Positions 31,184 to 44,795 of a stretch of DNA of 64,000 bases are shown here, piece after piece. Source of the stretch: Phyllobates terribilis (taxonomy: Eukaryota); the NCBI RefSeq assembly GCF_046119375.1, contig NW_027362771.1, positions 178,436,001 to 178,500,000 on the forward strand. Direction: 5' to 3'. Below the pieces are notes generated by a model. It worked only from the letters and a program-made list of their open reading frames with translations. It ran no database searches and had not been told where the DNA came from. The position numbers were made by a program, and so were the translations under genes. How positions within the stretch are numbered: position 1 is the first letter of the stretch; each line of letters starts with the position of its first letter.

Positions 31184-32727
31184 CAGTTAGGTCCAGAAAC
31201 ATTTGAACAGTGACTGAATTTTTGTGATTTGGGCTCTGCATGCCACTATTTTGGATTTAAAATGAAACAGCTGAGATGCAACTGAAGTGAAGACTTTCAG
31301 GCTTAATTAAAAAATTAGCCTCTAAAACATTTAGGAATGGCAACCATTTTTCTACAAAGCTTCCTCATCTCAGGGGCAAAAGCAATTGAACAAATTAACT
31401 TTACCATAATTAAAATGTTTATTTTGAATAATTTGTAAATAATCATTTGCGTGCAATGGCTGCCTGAAGTCTGGAAGCTTCTGTATGGACGTCACCAAAT
31501 GCTGGGTTTCTTCCATTGTGATGCATTGCCAGGCCTTTACTGCAGCTGCCTTCAGTAGCTGCTTTTTTGTTGGTCTTCCTTCCTTAACTTTTGTCTTAAG
31601 CATGTGAAATGCATGCTCGATAAGATTGAAATCTGGTGATTGACTAAACCATTGCCGATTAATCCACTTCGTTATTTTTTTTCTGTGATGTTTTTTTTTA
31701 TAGCCATGTACTCCTCAGAATTTATCTGGCTGTTTCTGTCTTCAGACACATCATCAATAAATACTAGTGACCCAGTGCCATTGGAAGCCATGCGTGCCTA
31801 TGCCATCACACTACCTCCACCATATTTTACAGAGGACGTGGTGCGCTTGGGATCAGGAGCGGTTCCAAGCATTATCTATACCTTCTCCTTCCCATCATTC
31901 TGGTAGAGGTTGATCTTAGTTTCATCTGTCCAAACAATGCTTTTCCAGAACTGGGCTGGCTTCTTTAGATTTTTTTTGCCAAAGTGTAATCTGGCCTTTC
32001 TATTTTTAAGGCTGCACAATGGTTTGCACCTTGTGGTGAACTCTCTTATTTGCTCTCATTAAGTTTTCTCTTTATGGTAGAATTAGATATTGAAACACCT
32101 ACTTCACGAAGAGTGCTTTTCACTTGGGTGGATGTTTTGAAGGGATTTTTATTTACCATTGAAAGAATTCTGCGATCATTCACCACTGTTGCCTTTCGTA
32201 GATGTCCAGGCCTTTTTTAAGTTCCTAAGCTAATCAGTGCACTCTTTTTTATGCAAAATGTACCAAACTGTTGATCTGGCCACTGCTAACATTTCTGCTA
32301 TCTGATGGATTTCTTCTTTCTTTTCAGCCTAATGATGGTCTGTTTCTTTTCCATTGAGAGCTCCTTTGACAGCATGTTGCGGGTTCACAGCAACAGCTTC
32401 CAAATGCAAATGCCACACCTGGAATCTTCTCTATATCTTTTACCTGCTTAATTGATGATGGATTAACGAGAGAATAGACCATGCAGGGCTTTAAACAGCT
32501 TTTGAGATAACTGTCCAATTACTTTTGATCCCTTTAATAAGAATCACCTACAAATTAAAGAGTAGTAATTCCTAAACTCCAATTAGGATGTAAATACTCT
32601 CAAATTAAAGCTCAGAATCTGCAGTTTAAGCCCATATTGATTATATAACTATATCTTGAATATGTTTTGATAAACAGCTAACATGCCAAAATCTGTGCCA
32701 CTGGCGAAATATTTCTTGACCCAACCG
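31184..32727 (-). mobile_element. Tc1 transposon, heavily decayed
   Basis: TA|CAGTTAGGTCCAGAAACATTTGAACAGTG...CACTGGCGAAATATTTCTTGACCCAACCG|TA. Transposase remnants MLSKELSMEKKQTIIRLK (near 32375), SQSPDFNLIEHAFHMLKTKVK, and KQLLKAAAVKAWQCIT. Confidence 0.85.
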
Positions 32728-33654
32728 TATACATAAAATATATTTTTTTTTTGGAGGGGGAGGGCATTTAGAACTTTTGTTATAGGGCCCTGTGATTTCT
32801 ATGTATGCAACTGCTCGTCAACATTGAAATTGCAAAACCAAGAAGGATAATGTATGGAATTGTGGGAAGCACAGAATCGACAAACACATTAATTTTATGC
32901 AAATACTAGAAAATGGAAACAAAATTTTCAAAACATGTTGAATAGTGATGAGCGAGCACTAAAATGCTCTGGTACTCGTTGCTCGGGTTGAGCAAATTGA
33001 AATGCTCGAGTGCTCGGTCTGAGTAACGATACCAATGCAAGTCTATGGGAAACTCGAGCATTTTTCAGGCGGCTCCCCCCGGCGGTCTGCAGAGGGCTTA
33101 AAAATTGTCCAAATCGACGTGAACAGTGCTCAAATGACATGGGAACAGCATGGGGAAGACCCCTGGAAGCATTTCTGACTCCCAGGTCACTGCTGTCAAC
33201 AACGTTGTCAGAGGTATGATGCCACTTTTACGGACTCACAATAAAACATGCAAAAACTAAACCAAAATGGATTTTCCTGGGAAATATGTTAAGGAACATC
33301 CTTTCCAGGGTAATGACTTGTATAAAAGGCAAAATAAATAACCAAAAACAAAAATGCTCCTCCACACCTTGGGCTATGTTCACACGTAGCGTTTTTTATG
33401 CGTTTTTGCACTTTTGCATTGCTTTCAACCAAGACAAATGCATTCACCGGGAAATGTCATTTTAACATTTTACAACCTTATCTTGCCATGTGGTGTCTGA
33501 CACATCATCAGACACATCCTGTTTCATCTATGATGGAGGGAGATTGAAAGTCACAAAGCCTATTTTAATAGGGCCATCAGGCGGCCCTTACTATTCTTAA
33601 AGGGCCAGCAGTCGACCCTTGCTATTGTTAGAGAGCCATCAGCCGGCTATGCTT

Positions 33655-34290
33655 TGTTGTTCCCATTATTAACGAGTGGGTCTCCTATACTGTTATTGCA
33701 TATGCAGTGACTGCAAGGGCTGCAAAAAATGTGGAGGCACTACAATGACCCTTGCAAGAGATGTAGAGGTCAGAGAACCTCCTAAATACAATGTTCCCAT
33801 TATTAGGAAGTGGGTCTCCCATAGTGTTTTCCTATGCAGTGAAACAATGGCTGCCAAAAATTTGGAGGCACTCCAATGCCCCTTGCAAAAGACGTAGAGG
33901 TCAGAGAGGCTCCTGAAAACAATGTTCCCATTATTAGGAAGTGGGTCTCCCATCGTGTTTGTCTATGCAGTGAAGCAACGGCTGCCAAAAATTTGGAGGC
34001 ACTCCAATGCCCTTTGCAAGAGACGTAGAGGTCAGAGAGCCTCCTAAAAACAATGTTCCCATTATTAGGAAGTGGGTCTCCCATAGTGTTTGCCTATGCA
34101 GTGAAGCAACGGCTGCCAAAAATTTGGAGGCGCTCCAATGCCCTTTGCAAGAGACGTAGAGGTCAGAGAGCCTCCTAAAAACAATGTTCCCATTATTAGG
34201 AAGTGGGTCTACCATAGTGTTTGCCTATGCAGTGAAACAACGGCTGCCAAAAATTTGGAGGAACTCCAATGCCCCTTGCAAGAGATGTAG
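33655..34290. repeat. 131-bp tandem satellite inside hAT3, about 5 copies, homologous to the hAT2 array
   Basis: AATGTTCCCATTATTAGGAAGTGGGTCT recurs at about 33790, 33921, 34052 and 34183. Confidence 0.93.
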
Positions 34291-34479
34291 ATATTTTGAT
34301 ATGGTACATGTGGTGATATGGTGGTGGAAGATGAGGATGAGGATGCGGAGAAGGCGGAGGACAAGAGCAAACAGACAAAATCAGGAAGCGTATACCCATG
34401 TCTTGGTGTGAAGGTGCATGGTGCGATAGAGTTAGACCTCCCCCAAAAAAGACACTGTATTTGAGTTTATGTTACGCTG

Positions 34480-37400
34480 CTATCATTAAGTGGTGTTGAG
34501 AAGTCTGGCCCAATCCTGCCCTTGTTCATTTTTATAAGAATCAGCCTTTCAGCATTTTCAGTTGACAAGCGAATGTGCCTATCGGTTATAATTCCACCGC
34601 CAGGACCTCCAAAGCATAGAGAGTCAGTTCATGCCACGTGTCCAGCTTGGATACCCAATAATTATAAGGCACAGAGGAATCACGGAGGACGTTGGTACGG
34701 CTAGGTACTCCCTCACCATCTTCCGAAACTTTGCACTCCTTGTGGGAATACCCCCCACCTCAGGGCCTGTGCGATGCGAGGGTCTGAGAAAACTGCCCCG
34801 GAAGTTTGACAGTGTTTCCCTGTCTGTGCTGGATTGCATTTGTGGCTCTTGCGCCTGTACTCCTTGGTTTTCCAACGAACTGTGACCTCTGCCACCAGCG
34901 TTTTCAGATGGGAATTATTTCACTAATTCCGCAACAAGGGCTTTCTCATACTGCCCCATTTTATTAGGCCTGTCCTGCAAAGGAATAAGATACATAAAGT
35001 TCTCCCTGAAGCGTGGGTCTAGAAGAGTCATCAACCAGTAATGACTGTCACCCAAAATATGGACAACGCGAGGGTCAGGGGAAAGGCAGCGTAACATAAA
35101 CTCAGCCATGTGTGCCTGACTGCAAAGATGCAAGACTTCTGTGTCCTCACCAAGAGGACGACTGACCATGCTCTCCTCCTCCTCTTCCTCCTCCTCCCTG
35201 TCCTCAGGCCATCCACGCTGAACAGATGGTATGGCAGTTGTGCAAGTAGTACTGTCTATAGTGCAGGAAGCTAGCTCCTGTTCTTCCTCCTCCTCTTCCT
35301 CATTGTTACCCAATCCACGTTGGGATGAGATGAGGCTGGGCTGTGTGTAATCACCCTGTATGGTTCCTTGCTCCATCTCATCGTGCTCTGCCTGCAATGC
35401 ATCCTCTTTAATTGAGAGCAGAGTGCGTTTCAGAAGACAGAGAAGTGGGATGGTGATGCTAATTATGGTGTCATCGCCACTCACCATCTTGGTGGAGACC
35501 TCAAAGTTTTGGAGGATGGTACAGATGTCTGACATCCAACTCCACTCCTGAGGTTTTATGTGTGTAGTCTGACTTGAATACCGATGGCCTTGTTAATGCT
35601 GGTAGTCAAGAACTGCCCTCTCCTGCTCACAAATCCTTCCCAACATCTGCAATGTAGATTTCCAACGCGCGGGGACATCACACACCAGTTGGTGAGCTGG
35701 AAGCTGCAAACGCTACTGAAGCACAGCAAAAGCGGTGGAAGCTGTAGGTGACTTTCTAAAATGGCACACAGGTGGTGAACTTTGAGAAGCAGATTGGACA
35801 GATCCGGGTATGTTTTGAGAAACTGCTGAACCACGAGGTTAAGCACATGGCCTAGGCATGGTACATGTGTGAGCTCGCCTCGCCTCAGAGCTGCCACCAG
35901 GTTCCGGCCATTGTCACACACGACCATGCCTGGCTGTAGGTTCAGCGGTGTCAGCCACAGATCTGCCTGCTCTTCCAGAGCTGTCCACAACTCTTTAGCA
36001 TTGTGTGGTTGGTCACCTAAGCATATTAGCTTCAGCACAGCCTGTTGCTGCTTGGCTGAGGCAGTGCTGCAGTGCTTTCAGCTTGCGACTGATGTGGTCA
36101 TTTCAGAGATGGATGCTGAAGAGGTTGAGGAGGTGCATGAGCTGTAGAATGTTGGGTCAACCCTGATTGACCCAGGGCACACAATCCTCGGCGTTGGGAG
36201 GATCGTGTTCCGTCCCAAGGTCCGACTGGGTCCCAGCTTCCACTATGTTAACCCAGTGTGACGTCAGCGAGATGTACCGTTCCTGCCCACAAGCACTTGT
36301 CCACGTGTCCGTGGTTAGGTGGACTTTCCCAGTAACTGTTTTGTTGAGGTCACGGCTAATGTTTTGGGACACGTGCTCATGTAATGCGGGGACGGCACAC
36401 CGGGAGAAATAGTGGTGGCTAGGGACCGAATACCAAGGGACGGCCGCCACCATGAGGTTGCGTAAAGCTTCCATCTCCACGAGCTTAAAAGGCAACAGTT
36501 TGAGTGCAAGCATTCACAAAATGTATGAATTTAGTAGTGTGGCCTGTGGGGCGTTAGCTGCTTATTTGCGCTTGCATTCCAAAGACTGGGGTAAGGACAA
36601 TTGAACGTTGCGCTGGGACAAGGACGTGGACATGCTTGCTGATGGTGCTAGTTGAGAGTGTTCAATGACCGGTGCAGGGCGGGAAGCATCTTGGCATGCT
36701 CCATGGACAGGGGATTGGCGTGCACGCACAACAGCGGAATAAGCAGTGGTGTCATCTGCAGACACTGTTGCTGGACCCTGGGGTTCGGCCCACTTAGTCA
36801 GGTGCTTTGCTGCCATGTGCCTGATCATGCTGGTGGTGGTCAGGCTGGTAGTTTTGCTACCCCTGCTGATGCTGGCCTGGCAGATGGTGCAAATGGCCTT
36901 TTTGGGGTTATCGGCAGAGTCTTGAAAAACAACCAGACTCGGGAAGACCTAACATTTGTACTGGCAACTTCATTTGTGTTGATGTTACGGGAAACGGTTG
37001 CCCGCCTTCTGTCTGCAGCCACCGCACTGCTTGTTCTTGCCTGCTGTGGTGCTCCACCTCCCTCCCCCTGTGTGCTGATGTCCTTGCTCTGCATGTCACC
37101 TTGCCAGGTTGGGTAAGTGACTTCATCGTCCACCACCTCATCTTCCACTTCCGCACCCTGGTCCTCCTCCTGACTTTCTGGCAATAGTGTCTCATCATCA
37201 TCCACCTCTTGTGATAGTTTCCCACCGTCGCCTTTGTGTGACCATGGCTGCTCAAATATTTGGGCCTCGCTACATGCAATCTCCTCTTGCCCCGCTTCAA
37301 GTGGACTGGGCTAGAGGCCTGAATCTATAAATGGAAAAGTGAACAGCTCTTCGGAATGTCCAAGTGTGGGATCAATTGTCTCCGAGCACACGGCATGGTG

Positions 37401-37729
37401 GGAGGAAGGAGGATCAGGGGGAGGAATATGCAGTCCAGACTCTCTGCTACTGAGACTTGACCGTGTGGAAGACAGGGTGGTGGTGGTGGTGGTGGCTAAG
37501 TGACTGGAAGCATTATCTGGTATCCAACCAATAACCTTTTCACACTGCTCTGTGTTCAATAGTGGTGTTCTGCGGTCCCCTATTAATTGGGACAGGAAGG
37601 TCGAGCGAGAAGATGTGGGTGTTTGTTGTGGCACAATTTCAGCTTGCCCACGAACTCGGCCTCGTCCTCTGCATGCACCATCATCACCATCACGTCCACT
37701 TCCCGTCCCTTGCCACGCACCTTGCCCAT
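34480..37729 (-). pseudogene. hAT3 transposase, frameshifted; the SERVFS (catalytic E) segment is deleted
   Basis: ATG at 37729. BED finger VWLFF...KAICTICQASISRGSK...SMIRHMAAKH; VHLTTDTWTS; VCDNGRNL; LLDPRFRE. At 34595-34600 about 48 bp present in hAT2 (13567-13612) is missing. Confidence 0.9.
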
Positions 37730-37789
37730 TTTAAATGGAGGATATTATTTTCCACATTCACTACAAATGGCTGGATTTGAACCGCAGTG

Positions 37790-38430
37790 ATGTGTGATAC
37801 GTGTGACGGAGCACCACAGTTTTAAATAGTTGACCTGTAGGTTACTATTTTTAACAGCGACCTGGTGTCAATAACTTCACTGACACACTGCAACAAAATT
37901 TAAATAGAGGCCAGAAATGGCTGAATTTGGAGTGAACTTATATATGATACGTGTGACGGAAAACCACAGTTTTAAATAGCTGGCCTGTAGGTTACTATTT
38001 TTCACAGTGACCTGGTGTCAATAACTTCACTGACACACTGCAACAAAATTTAAATGGAGGCCAGAAATGGCTGAATTTGGAGCGAACTGATATGTGATAC
38101 GTGTGACAGAAAACCACAGTTTTAAATAGCTGGCCTGTAGGTAACTATTTTTAACAGCGAACTGGTGTCAATAACTTCGCTAATACACTGCAACAAAATT
38201 TAAATGGAGGCCAGAAATGGCAGAATTTTGAGCACACTTCTATGTGATCCGTGTGACGGACAAACCATAGTTTTAAATAGCTGGCCTGTAGGCAACTGTT
38301 TTTAACAGCGAACTGGTGTCAATAACTTCGCTAACACACTGCAACAAAATTTAAATGGAGGCCAGAAATGGCAGAATTTTCAGCGCACTTATATGTGATC
38401 TGTGTGACAGACAAACCACAGTTTTAAATA
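37790..38430. repeat. 150-bp tandem repeat upstream of the hAT3 transposase, about 4.3 copies
   Basis: GTGTGACRGA recurs at 37801, 37951, 38101, 38251 and 38402. Confidence 0.93.
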
Positions 38431-39167
38431 GATGGATTTTTAGCGCTGTAATATGGAAAGTATCTTGCTGTATTCTGCAGTGCCAACAAGCAAATGGAGC
38501 AGAAAAACTGTGTTCTCTGAATTGATTTTTAAGCAAATAATCAGGATTAAGATCCCCCAAAAAATTCTTAGCCTGATACCTGGGGCTATTTCTACAAATA
38601 TCTGTAAAAGCACGAGCAGCAGACAGACCTGTAATGGACCCTCTTGCTATATGCACTGCAGTCTGCCACATACACTGCCTGCCTTGCACTGATATCTATG
38701 CAGCTGGATTAGTCCTCAGAAGGACTGTTAGTTGAGATGGATATGTGTCTCTAATATAGTTTTGGTATACCTACACTAACTAAGAAACAAGCAAATCTCT
38801 CCCTAGCTCAGCAGCACCTCTTTTTACACTGCCTGATTCCGGAGTAGACTGTGACGAGCATGGCGGCGCCAGGTCTGATATAGACCTGATGACGCTGTGC
38901 GGCCAGCCAACATGGCTGCGGCATTACAGTATGTGCAGACAATCCCTGCATGTTCATTGGCTCTCTAAAGAGCGCCAAACATGCAGGGAGGAGACCCGAG
39001 CTCCCGCCGAACAACCCCAGAAATACTTGTAAAGCGCCGAGCATCGTGAGCAGTGAGACGCTCGGGTGAGTACCGAGCAGTAGTGAGCATGCTCGCGAGT
39101 GTAAGCACCATGTGCAGAAACACACAAGGAAACACTTGCTTTGGCCTGATATAAATGAGTTTATTTA

Positions 39168-39560
39168 AGCACAACTGCAGCATTTATTTTATTTCAACTC
39201 CGGAGTGGTGCTACTAATCTAAGTTCCCTTACCTTAAGCTTATACTATCCAACTACCGTCTTCAGCTTTTCCCAGCGCCACTTCGGTCCCATGCCGCCAT
39301 TTTGTGACTGCAAGTTCTGAATGACCGAAAGTCAGAGGAAATGGTCACAAGCTCTCAATGCAAGTCTATTAGAGTCTTGTTCTGGCTTTCATAGACATAC
39401 ATTAATTTGTGACTTCCGGATCGCTCCAGCACACTCTGTAGCGATCCGGCAGGTCTCAAACTGCTAGAGACTGACTGGAGCGACGATGATAAAAGATAAA
39501 GGCAGCTGGTAAGTATAAGTCAAGGGGCAGGAAACTTATGCTATATGCTATAGTGGTGCT
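39168..39560. mobile_element. T2/Kolobok-type MITE
   Basis: TTAA-GCACAACTGCAGC...TAGTGGTGCT-TTAA, with a central imperfect palindrome around CAATGCAAGTCTAT / ATAGACATACATT. Confidence 0.65.
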
Positions 39561-39619
39561 TTAAGTGGTTACTTTAAGCAGCTAGTGTAGCCTAAACCTT
39601 GGCATGCCGTGTCTCTTAA

Positions 39620-39968
39620 CTACTCTCCCATAACATGAAAGGGAGGCAACACATCTGGCACATCATTGATCAACAAGTGCAAAAGGAGCTGCCAGCAGTT
39701 AATCTTTATGATTTGTGAGCCAAAGTGCATTCAACAAGATAGAACATTATTCCGACAACCATTATTAACCTCATTGATACCATGATAAGTTGTGTAAGTG
39801 TGTGTATTTCTGGGTGTGGCTCTCAGACTTGATACTAAATACATCAAAATGTTTTGAAATTTTTGTTTCAATTTTTCATTATTTGCATATCATATGTAAT
39901 ATCTATCAATTCTGTGACTTTCCATGACTTTTTCTTCTTGGTGTTGCAATTTCAGTGGTGAGGAGTGA
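39620..39968 (+). mobile_element. Old Tc1 3' end remnant
   Basis: Decayed C-terminal transposase (...HIWHIIDQQVQKELPAVNL...NLIDTM...) followed by a terminus GGTGTTGCAATTTCAGTGGTGAGGAGTG. Confidence 0.5.
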
Positions 39969-39974
39969 GATGTA

Positions 39975-41536
39975 CACCGCGTGCAGAATTATTAGGCAAA
40001 TGAGTATTTTGATCACATGATACTTTTTATACATGTTGTCCTACTCCAAGCAGCATAGGCTTGAGAGCCAACTACCAATTAAGTAAATCTGGTGATGTGC
40101 ATCTCTGTAATGAGGAGGGGTGTTGACTAATGATATCAACACCCTAGATAAGGTGTGCTTAATTATTAGGCAACTTCCTTTCCTTTGGCAAAATGGGTCA
40201 GAAGAGAGATTTGACGGGCTCTGAAAAGTCCAAAACTGTGAGATGTCTTGCAGAGGGTTGCACCAGTTTTGAAATTTCCAAACTTTTGAAGCGTGATCAC
40301 CGAACAATCAAGTGTTTCATGGCAAATAGCCAACAGGGTCACAAGAAGCGTGTTGGCCAAAAAAGGCGCAAAATAACTGCCCATGAATTGAGGAAAATCA
40401 AGCTTGAAGCTGCCAAGATGCCATTCGCCACCAGTTTTGCCATATTTCAGAGCTGCAACGTTACTGGAGTATCAAAAAGCACAAGGTGTGCGATACTCAG
40501 GGACATGGCCAAGGTAAGGAAGGCTGAAAAACGACCACCTTTGAACAAGAAACATAAGATAAAACGTCAAGAATGGGCCAAGAAATATCTTAAGACTGAT
40601 TTTTCAAAGGTTTTATGGACTGATGAAATGAGAGTGACTCTTGATGGGCCAGATGGATGGGCCAGAGGCTGGATCTGTAAAGGGCAGAGTGCTCCACTCC
40701 GACTCAGACGCCAGCAAGGTGGAGGTGGGGTACTGGTATGGGCTGGTATCATCAAAGATGAACTTGTGGGACCTTTTCGGCTTGAGGATGAAGTGAAGCT
40801 CAACTCCCAGACCTACTGCCAGTTTCTGGAAGACAACTTCTTCAAGCAGTGCTACAGGAAGAAGTCGGTATCGTTCAAGAAAAACATGATTTTCATGCAG
40901 GACAATGCTCCATCACATGCATCTAACTACTCCACAGCGTGGCTGGCCAGTAAAGGTCTAAAATAAGAAAAAATAATGACATGGCCCCCTTGTTCACCTG
41001 ATCTGAACCCCACAGAGAACCTGTGGTCCATCATAAAATGTGAGATCTACAGGGAGGGAAAACAGTACACCTCTCGGAACAGTGTCTGGGAGGCTGTGGT
41101 GGCTGCTGCACGCAATGTTAATCGAAAACAGATCAAGCAACTGACAGAATCTATGGATGGAAGGCTGTTGAGTGTCATCATAAAGAAAGGTGGCTATATT
41201 GATCACTAATTTTTTTGGTTTTTGTTTTTGCATGTCAGAAATGTTTATTTCTAATATTTGTGCACTGATATTGGTTTACCTGGTGAAAATTAATAAGTGA
41301 GATGGGATTATATTTGGTTTTTATTAAGTTGCCTAATAATTCTGCACAGTAATAGTTACCTGCACAAACAGATATCCTCTTAACATAGCCAAATCTAAAA
41401 AAAAAACACTCCAACTTCCAAAAATATTAAGCTTGGATATTTAAGAGTCTTTTGGGTTGATTGAGAACATAGTTGTTGATCAATAATAAAAATAATCCTC
41501 TAAAATACAACTTGCCTAATAATTCTGCACACAGTG
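39975..41536 (+). mobile_element. TRT (DD37E) Tc1-superfamily transposon, full length, 1562 bp
   Basis: TA|CACCGCGTGCAGAATTATTAGGCAA...TTGCCTAATAATTCTGCACACAGTG|TA. The TIR core is repeated internally near 40165 and 41328. Confidence 0.93.
40193..41209 (+). pseudogene. TRT transposase with a single premature stop (TAA at 40964-40966)
   Basis: MGQKRDLT...LWTDEMRVTLDGPDGW...FMQDNAPSH-(37 residues)-SPDLNPTENLW...KKGGYIDH. The frame is unchanged across the stop. Confidence 0.92.
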
Positions 41537-41785
41537 TATATCGTCTGCTTAGTAGCAATAATAGGTATTCCTATTTTAAAAGTTTCTGTGGTTAGAATCC
41601 CAGCAAGATAGAATAAATTATTTCAACTAAGTTTGCACAAATAGGCAGCCAAAGCACATAAAGAGTGTTCCAGAGTAATCACTGTCTTGCCATCTAGTTA
41701 TTGCAAAAAGTGCCTCTCTCCTTTTTTCTGAGTAATAATTAATAATAACGCTTAGATATTCTAAGAGGCTTACCTCCCTTAAAAT

Positions 41786-41968
41786 CAGTGTTTCCTAAAA
41801 CTGTCCTCATGGCCCCCAACACATCATGCTTTCAGGGTTTCCTTAGTATTGCACAAGTGAGAGAATCTGTGGCAGTTTCTGATGCCTTAGTAATAATTCC
41901 ATCTCCTGTGTAATACTAAGTAAATCCTGAAAACATGATGTGTTGGGGCATGGAGTTTTGAAATCCCT
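41786..41968. mobile_element. Short palindromic hAT MITE
   Basis: CAGTGTTTCCTAAAA...CCCCAACACATCATG.TTTCAGG.TTT.CTTAGTATT pairs with AATACTAAGTAAATCCTGAAAACATGATGTGTTGGGG. Confidence 0.65.
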
Positions 41969-42284
41969 CCTCTAAATGTATATAGAAGCTGGAGCTCATT
42001 GAAATGATCTTTTAGGGCAGGCCAAACTAGATATGTGTCCTGTTAAGCAGATTCCCACTGATTGGCCAGTCAGGGGCCGTCTATATACACAAAGAAGAAA
42101 TTGCACTGATGATGCCAACCCCCCAATTTTTGTGCACTTTATGAGGTTGGAAGGGAAAGGTCTGGTGGCGACATTATAGTCACATTAACATAGGTCCTTT
42201 ACTCCGTGGGAGTCTGGACTTTGCAGTAAAGGTAACTGGTGCGTTCTCCTGAAGTTCCTTCTCCAATCTCTACTATCTTCCGCC

Positions 42285-43080
42285 AGGGAGGTGTGGGAAG
42301 ATGGGGACATATATCTCCATTTTCCGAGACCCGTAACATTTTCAGGTTTCGGGATTTAGGGCTATGTGAATGCTTGTTTTTGCGCCCTGTAGCGACATTT
42401 TTACTGATACCATTTAGGGGTAGATACAATGTTTTGATGGCCTCTTATTGCATTTTACTGCATTGTTGCGATGGCCAAAAAAACATAATCTGGCAACTCG
42501 ATTTTTCTCTTATTTTTCCATTTACCGATTGGATTAATTTATTTTATATTTTGATAGACTTTTACGAATGCTGCGATACCAAACATGTGTATCTTTTTTT
42601 TTTTCTTAACTGTTTTATTTTTAATGGGGCAAAAGGGGGGTGATTTGAACTTCGTATTGTTTTATTTTTTTCATATTTTTAAAAATATTTTGTCACTTTT
42701 ATCTCTAATTGTAAGTCCCCCAAGGAGATTTGAACCTGCAATCATCATATTATTTGCACTATACATAGCAGTGCATCAGCACTGCTATGCACTGCAAAAA
42801 TCACAATCTACTGTGAAGGCAAGCTAAACGCTGGATTTCACAGGAGAATCATCATGATAATCATGGAGGTCTTCAGCAGACCCCTAGCTGTCATAGCAAC
42901 CCATCGGCACCCTGAAATCGCGTCACGTCATGAAATAACACGCCCTCACTGCCAGCGTGTGTTGAATGCCATTGTCAGAGTCTGACAGCGGTATTTAACA
43001 GGTTAACAGCCGTGACTGGAGCTCTTTTCCACCCACAGTTGTTAGTCCCAAATGATGGCTGAAAAATGGGGGCTCGCAAG
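42285..43080. mobile_element. Fragment of a non-autonomous TTAA-type (piggyBac-like) DNA element
   Basis: AT-rich internal block ending in a GC-rich subterminal region with TTAACAGGTTAA. Termini are not intact. Confidence 0.45.
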
Positions 43081-43372
43081 CAATGTCAGGGACACAACAT
43101 GTGGCGTATCTGTATGTCATATGTCATGAAAAGGTTAAACTAAGTTTATATATACTATCTTGTATTGTCTTTACACTTTCTACAGAATGTGCAAGTCAGA
43201 GTGCAGTTGTTAGGCGTTGGTCTGTGGCTGGATTAGAAATGGGTCCAGGACCTTCTCTGGTTTCCCATTTCAGTCCAGCCAGGGATAATGCTGCTCAGCA
43301 TCATCATCAGCCCCAACGCCTAGCTGGTCCACGAGACAAACATATTGTCTCCTGTGTATTGGTACCTAGCAA

Positions 43373-44135
43373 TGTTAAGCATGGGTGGCAGAGGGAGACA
43401 GGGCGTTTGGAGTCTAAGTCCAGGATTCGCCGCACTGAGCATGCCCATGACCTGGCGGATCGTGATTGGTGGTTTGGCACCCACCTGACTCGGTGACCTG
43501 GCACCGCCTGATTGGTCCACGGGTGGCGTCACCAATGGCGCGTCGGTGGGCAGGGCTTAGTCTTTAAAAGGCCCGCCCACAAACATGGCGGCACGCTCTG
43601 ATCATTGAGCAGTGATGCAATTGTGTGGACGACTGTGCTCCACGAGTAGTTTCTGTCAGGCAGGCTAGTTCCATAAAGGCAGCCTAGTTCCATAGAGGCA
43701 GGTAGTTTCGTCTAGCAGTCTGGCTCTGCTAAAGGGGTCGCCTAACACCCTGAGCAGCCTGTAGACGTCTTATCCACGGCTATCGCCTGTCAGCCACGTG
43801 GAGTAGTACCCTTCAGTCCGGTAGCACGCAGGCTGGAGGCACGTGTACCCATCAGCGTAGTCACACATGCATCCTAGCGCCGCCACTGTAGTCCCTGTGC
43901 TGTAACAGGACTACAGATAGTTTTTCTCCGCCTATCTCTCGTGCTGCTAACGGAGATAGTGCGATTTGCTATACCCGTTCCAGTGTGCAGAAACACGGAA
44001 GGGTTTTACATTTAAGTTGGTTGCTTTCCTTTCCACCCGGAAAGTGTTCGGCAGCAGTCCACTAGGCTGCATCGCGGACCCCGGGGTCGGTTGCGTTCCA
44101 TTATATTAAAGTTGTCTGCAACCGCCCTCCTAACA
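43373..44135 (+). mobile_element. Solo LTR (763 bp)
   Basis: TGTTAA...CTAACA termini; flanks GCAA/GCAG (4-bp TSD with one mismatch); CCAAT-like motifs, TTTAAAA near 43564 and ATTAAA near 44105. Confidence 0.7.
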
Positions 44136-44795
44136 GCAGTGCTCTGGGCCAGGTTAGGAAAGACTTCTTTCACAAGTGAATGCCAACTGTGCTGGGCCAC
44201 TATATGGATATGCTGACCCAAAGGTGAGAGACAAGCCTAGTGTTACATCTGTGTCTGTACCCTGTCATACAACCTCCACATTAGAAGGCGCCACACTTAC
44301 ACTGTGGATGGTGCTGGCTGATGCAAACACAGTCCAGTTAAACATTAGTATAGCTAGGCCTTATTGTGCTGACCAGCCAGGGAATATGTGCTGCTGCTAA
44401 GTACTGATCAGTTGAGATTGATTCTCTGCTGTGAATTTGGGCCACTCCTTATTTAAACCCCAGTAGCTTAGTGTATTCTGACACTGGTCTGTTCAGCTGA
44501 TACTCTGCTGCTTGATTTACCTGGGAATTGCTGATTTTGGACTGCGTTAACCCTCAGTTTGCCTAACGATTCTGAATTTGACTCCTGGTTTTCACTTTGG
44601 CTATATCTGATCACGCTGACCATGTCCCTTTTTTCTGATTTAATGAAGTATTTACTCTTTCCGGTTGTGACCCAGCTAAATGACTCTACTCTGACACCGG
44701 CTGGCAGCTAATCCCTGGAAAGAGCCCAAGGGGAATTTGCCACTATTTTTACTTTTTTTAAAAAATTGAGGCTAGCATTTCTGATTGTTAGCTAT

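Larger units (their letters stand above)
32943..39099 (-). mobile_element. hAT DNA transposon (hAT3), near full length
   Basis: Left TIR TAGTGATGAGCGAGCAC at 32943 with CTCG/CGAGC subterminal repeats. Right end ...GAGCATGCTCGC lacks the last 9 bp or so of the TIR. Colinear with hAT2. Confidence 0.9.

Noticed and set aside
43200-44740. Older LTR surrounding the 43373-44135 solo LTR
   Set aside because: The composition is LTR-like, but I could not define both termini or a TSD.
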